Assembly (NCBI GenBank): GCA_000002975.1
Contig: AF083031.2
Location: 60,001 to 92,000, forward strand
Reading direction: 5' to 3'
Length of the DNA: 32,000 nt
DNA from: Guillardia theta nucleomorph
Taxonomy: Eukaryota > Protista > Cryptophyta
The translations under genes and the position numbers were made by a program. The notes below the pieces were generated by a model. It saw only the letters and a program-made list of their open reading frames with translations, searched no databases and was not told the origin of the DNA. Positions 25,754 to 32,000 of this stretch are shown piece after piece. How positions within the stretch are numbered: the stretch's first letter is position 1; each line of letters opens with the position of its first letter.

Positions 25754-27193
25754 TCAAACCATAAATGATTGTGTTTTAATTTTATTGGAATTTTCAAAAA
25801 TATTACTTAAAATTACAATATAAAAATGAACATAAATGAACTCATATATTCCGATATATTTTCTTAATGTTTTATTATAAAAAAAAACACTTTTCAAAAA
25901 CTTATTTTCTTTTTTTGAATATATTATTTTTTTACAATCTAAAAATTCATAGGATAACTGATAAACCTTATTAATATATGTTTTATTTGATGAATTTAAG
26001 ATTTTTGAATAAATAATATTTTTAGTTTTAAATAATGAAGATAATATAATGTTTTTTTGTCCATTCATAATTTCGTTACAAAATTTAATAGATATCTTAA
26101 AATAGTAAGTAGAATAAAATATTCTGGCAAAAAAAAAACTGAAAGTCTCATTAAAATAATTAATAGATTTTTGGTGTGGAATACTCATGATAATATATTC
26201 CATATGCTTATTAATTCTTATGAAATGAATTACTATCAAAAAAAATTTCAAATATTCCATTTTAAAAATTTTTATTAACCATGATTTATCAATTTTTATT
26301 TCTTTTATTTCTAATATTTTTATAATTGTAAAATTATTAGTTTTTATATTATCTAAAAATGTGTTTTTTATTTTTTTAGCATTGATAAAACTAAATTTTC
26401 GATTGATACATAATTTTATATGTTTTTTAAAACTAAAGTCATTTCTTAAAATATTTAATTTTATCATATTTTTACTTTTTTTAAATTCATAATTTTTTTC
26501 TTCAGTTTTAGTATGAATAGAAATTCTAAGCTTATAATTACAAGTTTGAAATATATTGAATTGAAGCAATTCTTCATAAATTAATAGTTGTTGGTTATAA
26601 TTAATCATAAATGACCAAATTATGGAAAAAAAATTTTCATATTTACTTCCTTTAGTTAAAAAACATCTGTAACTTAATTCAAAATAATTCCATATAGCAT
26701 TTTTTTCTTTTAAATTACAAAAAAATTGTCTTATTTTTATATCATATCTAATTAATTCAGTTAACCATATTAAAGATGTTATAACCGACAAAACAGTTCT
26801 GGAATTTAATTTTGAAGAAAATGAAAATATTGACATCTCAAATGGATAACCTAAAGTTTTTAATATTTTATAATAATCGAATGCGAGATTTGTACTCAAA
26901 TTACAATTATAATCTAGTATCATAATCATTTTTATAATTATAATTTTTAAACCTATATTTTTTTCATATCTAAACATTTTTTTATCGATTTTAATATTGT
27001 AACAAAATCTCTTAAGAAAATTATCAATTTTTTTTAAAGACTTGGATATAAAATTTTCTTCATTAGTCTTTTTTGAATCGTATTTTTTAAAGCCTGATAA
27101 TATAAGTTTAGATTTAAGTCTAAAATTATCTTCATTTAAATGATATTTATGATTAGGTAAAATTGAAATTCGACCTTGTTTGATTTTATTCAT
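25754..27193 (-). CDS. ndc80: Kinetochore protein Ndc80/Hec1-like (calponin-homology head)
   Basis: FISKSLKKIDNFL ~ FIQQCIRQLCEFL, ILKTLGYPFEMS...SLIWLTELI ~ IFKDLGYPFALS...ALVWLIDCI, WNYFELSYRCFL ~ LDYTIKCYESFM (human, recalled). Confidence 0.78.
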   Translation of the reverse strand: MNKIKQGRISILPNHKYHLNEDNFRLKSKLILSGFKKYDSKKTNEENFISKSLKKIDNFLKRFCYNIKIDKKMFRYEKNIGLKIIIIKMIMILDYNCNLSTNLAFDYYKILKTLGYPFEMSIFSFSSKLNSRTVLSVITSLIWLTELIRYDIKIRQFFCNLKEKNAIWNYFELSYRCFLTKGSKYENFFSIIWSFMINYNQQLLIYEELLQFNIFQTCNYKLRISIHTKTEEKNYEFKKSKNMIKLNILRNDFSFKKHIKLCINRKFSFINAKKIKNTFLDNIKTNNFTIIKILEIKEIKIDKSWLIKIFKMEYLKFFLIVIHFIRINKHMEYIIMSIPHQKSINYFNETFSFFFARIFYSTYYFKISIKFCNEIMNGQKNIILSSLFKTKNIIYSKILNSSNKTYINKVYQLSYEFLDCKKIIYSKKENKFLKSVFFYNKTLRKYIGIYEFIYVHFYIVILSNIFENSNKIKTQSFMV

Positions 27194-27232
27194 TTTTTAG
27201 AGTACAAAAATTATGTAATGCATATTTATAAA

Positions 27233-27700
27233 ATGGTTATAACCAAGATAACTGTGACTAGATGGATTGTAGCGATTGGAATAATGATGAACTCTATAAG
27301 GCTTTACAATTATATTAATTTTCATTTTATATTCCCCGTTCTATACAAAATTATGTGTCCAATACTTGGTTCAACGTTAAGATGCGATTCGGTGAACTCA
27401 TTAAACAAATCTGCTTTTATATCAGGACTATTGTTCTTAATACTTGATATGTTCACTTCACTTAGCGGTGAAAATTATTCAAAAATCTTTTTAAAGTTAT
27501 TACCTAAAGTATGTAGTGCTCAGTTGATTTTACATCTAATTGCAGTCTATTACATTAGTATTTGGTCAAAAGAAATTGGTTCTTTTGGACATAATAGATT
27601 AACTAGTTATCTTTTTCAAAGTGCAGTTAATATGTGTTTTTTTGCAGTATCCTGGATATTGTCTATTCTAGACTCAAATTTGTATATTTCCAATGAATAA
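27233..27700 (+). CDS. Four-TM membrane protein with CPxxGSxxRC loop; MARVEL/synaptogyrin-like
   Basis: The track start at 27176 is a TTG overlapping ndc80; ATGs lie at 27218 and 27233. MCPILGSTLRC is followed by AFISGLLFLILDMF. Confidence 0.75.
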   Translation: MVITKITVTRWIVAIGIMMNSIRLYNYINFHFIFPVLYKIMCPILGSTLRCDSVNSLNKSAFISGLLFLILDMFTSLSGENYSKIFLKLLPKVCSAQLILHLIAVYYISIWSKEIGSFGHNRLTSYLFQSAVNMCFFAVSWILSILDSNLYISNE

Positions 27701-27811
27701 AAACTTATTTGGAATTTTTGTATATTTTTTTTAACTTATATATATTATATTTATTATTTTTTAATAGGTTTTTTGATTTTACTACAATCAGATAACCAAG
27801 ATAACTAGAAA

Positions 27812-28837
27812 ATGAAGATAGAAGTAAATGTCCTTCCATTTTTCAATAAAGAAAAGGTTTTATATAAATTCTTGACATTCATATATTATTTCATCAGGCT
27901 TTTTCTAAAAAAAAGAAATCTAGATATTATTGAGAATGAAAAAATTATCTTAATAACTTTATTAAAATCGAATATTAAAGCACAAATTCTAAAATTGTCT
28001 TCAATTTATTCTTTTATTGATAAAATAAAAAAATTAATTTTAAGTTTTTATAAATTATGTTTGTTATTAACTTTCTTAAAACTAAAATCAATTTCATTAA
28101 AAAAATTTTTTCTTTTAATAAAAAAAGAAATATTAAACTCTATATTAGAAAGTTTTAGATTTTCAAAGTCTATCACCAAGAATATCATTTTTCCTCTTAA
28201 TTCCTTAAAAATAATTTTTTTAAAGTTTTACAAATCAAAAAAAAAAAATCCAAAAAACAAAATACGATCATTCGAAAAATTTAAAGTTGATAATTTAGAA
28301 TCGACTTATAAATATCAATGTAAAGAGTATTTACTTAATGGAATATCAATTTTAAATATTTTAAGAATTTGGATCATATTCTTACAGAATTATAAAATTA
28401 GTTGTTTTAATTTAAAAAAATCAACAAATACTGGAAAAAAAATAGAAAACACACTATTTGACATTTTTTTAAACTATAATTCAAAATTAAACAAGGTTGT
28501 AAGAATAATCAATTATATATCATATTTTTTTTATTCTCAAACATATAGTCTTTTACTAAATCTAATCTCGAAAAAGTTCAAAATATTAAATTTTTTCTTC
28601 TCATTCGAAAATTTATCTATATTTTTTGCAAGATTAGTTTTTTTCAAAAACAAAATCATTTATGAAAATAAAATAAAAACTTACTTTGTAGTTTTTAACG
28701 AAAATCATCAGAAACTTATTTTGAAAAAATTTAAACCAAAAAAAGCTATTCAGAAAACATTTTATACTAGAAAAACCCAGATTTTTGTTAGGAGCTTTAG
28801 TCTAAATTATTCTTTTAGACCATTTGTATTTGTATAA
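27812..28837 (+). CDS. Hypothetical protein, 341 aa
   Basis: Long ORF. No motif recognised. Confidence 0.75.
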   Translation: MKIEVNVLPFFNKEKVLYKFLTFIYYFIRLFLKKRNLDIIENEKIILITLLKSNIKAQILKLSSIYSFIDKIKKLILSFYKLCLLLTFLKLKSISLKKFFLLIKKEILNSILESFRFSKSITKNIIFPLNSLKIIFLKFYKSKKKNPKNKIRSFEKFKVDNLESTYKYQCKEYLLNGISILNILRIWIIFLQNYKISCFNLKKSTNTGKKIENTLFDIFLNYNSKLNKVVRIINYISYFFYSQTYSLLLNLISKKFKILNFFFSFENLSIFFARLVFFKNKIIYENKIKTYFVVFNENHQKLILKKFKPKKAIQKTFYTRKTQIFVRSFSLNYSFRPFVFV

Positions 28838-28867
28838 GATAATTTATAAATTCTCCAAAGATTATTA

Positions 28868-30118
28868 ATGTGTAAAATTATGAAATATTCTATAAAAGGT
28901 ATACCCAAAAAATACTCATATTGGATAAAATATGTCTATGGAATTCAACCTATTATTAATAGGAGGTTTAAAAAAGAAAATTGTTTGACTAATTCAGATC
29001 TTTTTAAAAGTTATTACATTACAAAATTAAAAAAATTTATAAAATACAAGAAAATGTTAAAGAATAATAAATTCAATTATTATAAAAATATTTTGAGTAG
29101 TTTTAAATTTCATGATATAAATTTTAGTAAAATATCATTTCATAGATTATTCTTTTTTTCAGAAGCAATAAAGTTTCTAATCGGCATCTTTCCAATTTTT
29201 ATTATTATAAGATTACAAGACACAATGACTAATTTTCTAAATATATCAAAGAAAAAAGAAAAGTATTTTAATTATTTATTTAATTTTATCAGTCAAAAAT
29301 TTGAATCTGTTTATGTTATTAATTTTAATTCTTTCTTTTTTGTTAAAATTTTTTTTAGAAAAAAAAAATTTTTTTTCATATATTTAAAATTTACAAGTTT
29401 TAATAGAAATCATATTAATTTTATCAAAACGTCAGTTGGTTTTTATTTACAGATTTTAACAAATATTTACAATAAATTGCATAAACAAAAAAATATGAAA
29501 AAAATAAACATAAATGGTAAAATAGAACTAATGTTTGAAATAAATTTTTTTGATAAGCTACGAAAATCTATAAAAACTAAAGAATTTAAAAATACAATTT
29601 TTCATTTTAATGAAAGAAATTTATTATTTATCAAGTTTGAAGAAATTGGCATTAGCATAAATGCATGGTTAAATCTTATTAAGCAATCAGTAAGTTTACA
29701 TTTTAGGCAGAAATTTATTCTCGGAAAAAAAAAAATATATTATTTAGACAAAAATTATTTTATACAAATTCCTATATTTTCACTTGCTAGAAATTATTTT
29801 AATCAATTCCAGGATTCCTCTAATTATAACTTTTTGATTTTTAGATCATTTAATTATAAGTTCTCAATTCTCTCGTCAAACATTTTCCTAAATTTATTTT
29901 TGACAACAAACAGAATAGATTTAGATTTGCCTATTATTTCGAAACATGAAATTCAATCGTTCAGATGTTATCCAAAAAAAAAAAAAATAATTAGCTTTTT
30001 GTCGAAAACATCTAAAATAAAAATGTTCGGTTCTGATAATACACTTAGTTTTATTGAAAAAACTTTTTCTATTAATAATAGAAATAATTTAGCTATCTGT
30101 TTATTTTTATTTGTTTAA
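28868..30118 (+). CDS. Hypothetical protein, 416 aa
   Basis: Long ORF. No motif recognised. Confidence 0.75.
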   Translation: MCKIMKYSIKGIPKKYSYWIKYVYGIQPIINRRFKKENCLTNSDLFKSYYITKLKKFIKYKKMLKNNKFNYYKNILSSFKFHDINFSKISFHRLFFFSEAIKFLIGIFPIFIIIRLQDTMTNFLNISKKKEKYFNYLFNFISQKFESVYVINFNSFFFVKIFFRKKKFFFIYLKFTSFNRNHINFIKTSVGFYLQILTNIYNKLHKQKNMKKININGKIELMFEINFFDKLRKSIKTKEFKNTIFHFNERNLLFIKFEEIGISINAWLNLIKQSVSLHFRQKFILGKKKIYYLDKNYFIQIPIFSLARNYFNQFQDSSNYNFLIFRSFNYKFSILSSNIFLNLFLTTNRIDLDLPIISKHEIQSFRCYPKKKKIISFLSKTSKIKMFGSDNTLSFIEKTFSINNRNNLAICLFLFV

Positions 30119-30151
30119 TTATATACATATATTTTAATTTTATTGATTTGG

Positions 30152-32000
30152 ATGGTAAATTTTACAATTGATCAAATTCATGCAATAATGAGTAAGAAAA
30201 ATAACATAAGAAATATTTCAGTTATCGCTCATGTAGATCATGGTAAATCGACTTTAACAGATTCACTCGTTGCCTCTGCAGGAATAATTTCCTTAGATTC
30301 TGCTGGAGAGGCAAGATTAACTGATACGAGGGCAGATGAACAAGAAAGAGGTATAACCATAAAATCTACAGGAATTAGTTTATATTTTGACATTCAAAAC
30401 GATATTGATTTACCTTCTGATTGCGAAGGGAAAGAATTTTTAGTAAATTTGATCGATTCTCCTGGTCATGTAGATTTTTCATCTGAAGTTACAGCAGCTC
30501 TCCGTGTCACAGATGGTGCTTTGGTTGTAGTAGATTGCATAGAAGGCGTTTGTGTGCAAACAGAAACTGTTTTAAGACAAGCTCTTCTTGAAAGAATCAA
30601 ACCTGTTCTGACAATTAACAAGCTAGATAGAGCATTTCTTGAATTGCAATGTGAAAACGAAGAAATGTATCGTACATTTTATAAGGTTATTGAAAATGTA
30701 AATGTTATAATGGTAACTTATCAGGATGATTTGTTAGGAGATGTTCAGGTTTCTCCAGAAGTAGGAAATGTTGCATTTTCTGCAGGTTTACACGGTTGGG
30801 CATTCACATTAAGTCAATTTGCTAGAATGTATGCAAAAAAATGGAAAATTGAAGGCGAAAAATTAAATGAATTTACAAAAAAATTAACTTTAAAACTATG
30901 GGGTGATAACTTTTTTGATCCATCGTCTAAAAAATGGACAAAGAAAGAAGATAACTCTATAGAAAGGTCATTTTCTCATTTTATACTTAACCCAATTAAA
31001 AAGATAATAAATTATGCAATGTCAGATAAAGTTGATGAAATTGTGAAAGCAATGGAAGGATTTTCGATTAAAATAACAAACGACGATAAATCATTAAAAC
31101 AAAAAAACCTTATGAAAAGAGTTCTTCAGAAGTGGTTACCGGCTGACCAAGCATTGAAAGAGATGATAATACATCATTTACCATCACCTGCCAGGGCACA
31201 ATTTTATAGAGTAGGGAATTTATATGAAGGTCCATTAAATGATGAATTCGCTGAATCTATTAAAAAATGTGATTCAAATGGACCTTTGATGGTTTACATA
31301 TCAAAAATGATTCCATCGAGTGACAAAGGAAGATTTATTGCATTTGGTAGAGTATTTTCGGGTACTATTAAAACAGGGCAAAAAATTAGAATAATGGGTT
31401 CTAACTACATACCAGGTAAAAAAACCGATTTGTCTATTAAAAATGTACAAAGAGTTCTATTGATGATGGGTAGAAAAGTCGAAATCATAGATAATTTACC
31501 TGCAGGTAACACTGTTGGAATAGTAGGAATTGATCAATGTCTTGTTAAATCAGGGACAATTTCTGATTCTGAGAATGCCTATCCAATGAAAAACATGAAA
31601 TATTCTGTTTCGGCTGTTGTTAGAGTTGCAGTAGAGCCTAAAAATCCTAGTGATTTACCAAAATTAATAGAAGGATTAAAAAGACTATCAAAATCAGACC
31701 CCTTGGTTCAATGCATGACAGAAGAATCAGGTGAGCATATTGTTGCCGGAGCAGGGGAGTTGCATTTAGAAATATGTTTAAAAGATTTGCAAGATGACTT
31801 TATGAATGGGGCTGAACTTAAAATATCACAACCTATTGTAAGTTATCGTGAAACTGTAGAAGGAGTTATAAATCCAGAAGAAACTGCGGTTTGTTTATCT
31901 AAATCTCCTAATAAACATAATAGAATCTATTGTTATGCAGAACCATTACCAGAAGGACTTTCCGAAGCAATTGATGATGGAAAAATAAAATCAAGTGATG
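30152..32000 (+). CDS. eef2: Translation elongation factor 2, 3'-partial
   Basis: ATG 30152: [40 protein letters not shown]...[16 protein letters not shown]...[25 protein letters not shown]. Runs off the window end, so it is absent from the track. Confidence 0.98.
   Translation, partial: MVNFTIDQIHAIMSKKNNIRNISVIAHVDHGKSTLTDSLVASAGIISLDSAGEARLTDTRADEQERGITIKSTGISLYFDIQNDIDLPSDCEGKEFLVNLIDSPGHVDFSSEVTAALRVTDGALVVVDCIEGVCVQTETVLRQALLERIKPVLTINKLDRAFLELQCENEEMYRTFYKVIENVNVIMVTYQDDLLGDVQVSPEVGNVAFSAGLHGWAFTLSQFARMYAKKWKIEGEKLNEFTKKLTLKLWGDNFFDPSSKKWTKKEDNSIERSFSHFILNPIKKIINYAMSDKVDEIVKAMEGFSIKITNDDKSLKQKNLMKRVLQKWLPADQALKEMIIHHLPSPARAQFYRVGNLYEGPLNDEFAESIKKCDSNGPLMVYISKMIPSSDKGRFIAFGRVFSGTIKTGQKIRIMGSNYIPGKKTDLSIKNVQRVLLMMGRKVEIIDNLPAGNTVGIVGIDQCLVKSGTISDSENAYPMKNMKYSVSAVVRVAVEPKNPSDLPKLIEGLKRLSKSDPLVQCMTEESGEHIVAGAGELHLEICLKDLQDDFMNGAELKISQPIVSYRETVEGVINPEETAVCLSKSPNKHNRIYCYAEPLPEGLSEAIDDGKIKSSD

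Noticed and set aside
1493-26278. Short track ORFs antisense to or inside real genes (1493, 1982, 4675, 5778, 6156, 11990, 14368, 15262, 16241, 17602, 17807, 18944, 19676, 20201, 21139, 21712, 23250, 23858, 26057)
   Set aside because: Shadow frames of longer or clearly homologous genes; no motifs, and several start at non-ATG codons.
30152-30160. ATGGTAAAT at the eef2 start as a possible post-ATG intron
   Set aside because: The unspliced frame reads MVNFT, the canonical eEF2 N-terminus.
1-32000. CRISPR arrays, transposons, rRNA or telomeric repeats
   Set aside because: No regularly spaced repeats, terminal inverted repeats, transposase motifs or GC-rich rRNA-like blocks were seen.

Overview
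Extremely AT-rich, gene-dense eukaryotic DNA, with intergenic gaps mostly 10-100 nt. It carries divergent housekeeping genes (rpl18a, rps11, rps2, rla0, tcp1, rpa2, rpc40, ubc2, Sm D1, mrs2, eef2), many K/N/F/I-rich ORFans, one tRNA-Thr(UGU), and 44-48 nt GTAAGT...AAG introns near gene 5' ends. This combination points to a cryptophyte nucleomorph, most likely Guillardia theta or a close relative (inferred from composition and intron size). Gaps in the ORF track hide a 47-aa U1-C-type zinc-finger gene (2785-2928), a spliced 65-aa Tfb5/TFIIH-p8 gene (4082-4325), the true spliced start of rpl18a, and a structured ~260-nt non-coding segment (23567-23827) with a U1-snRNA-like core. Several ORFans look like eroded Ndc80, Tfb1/p62, Rpn5, Utp21, Esf2, possibly Taf7, a DEAH helicase lacking its catalytic motifs, and two paralogous MARVEL/synaptogyrin-like membrane proteins. 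All family calls come from motifs read by eye against reference sequences recalled from memory. No searches were run, and I cannot tell which items are already annotated.
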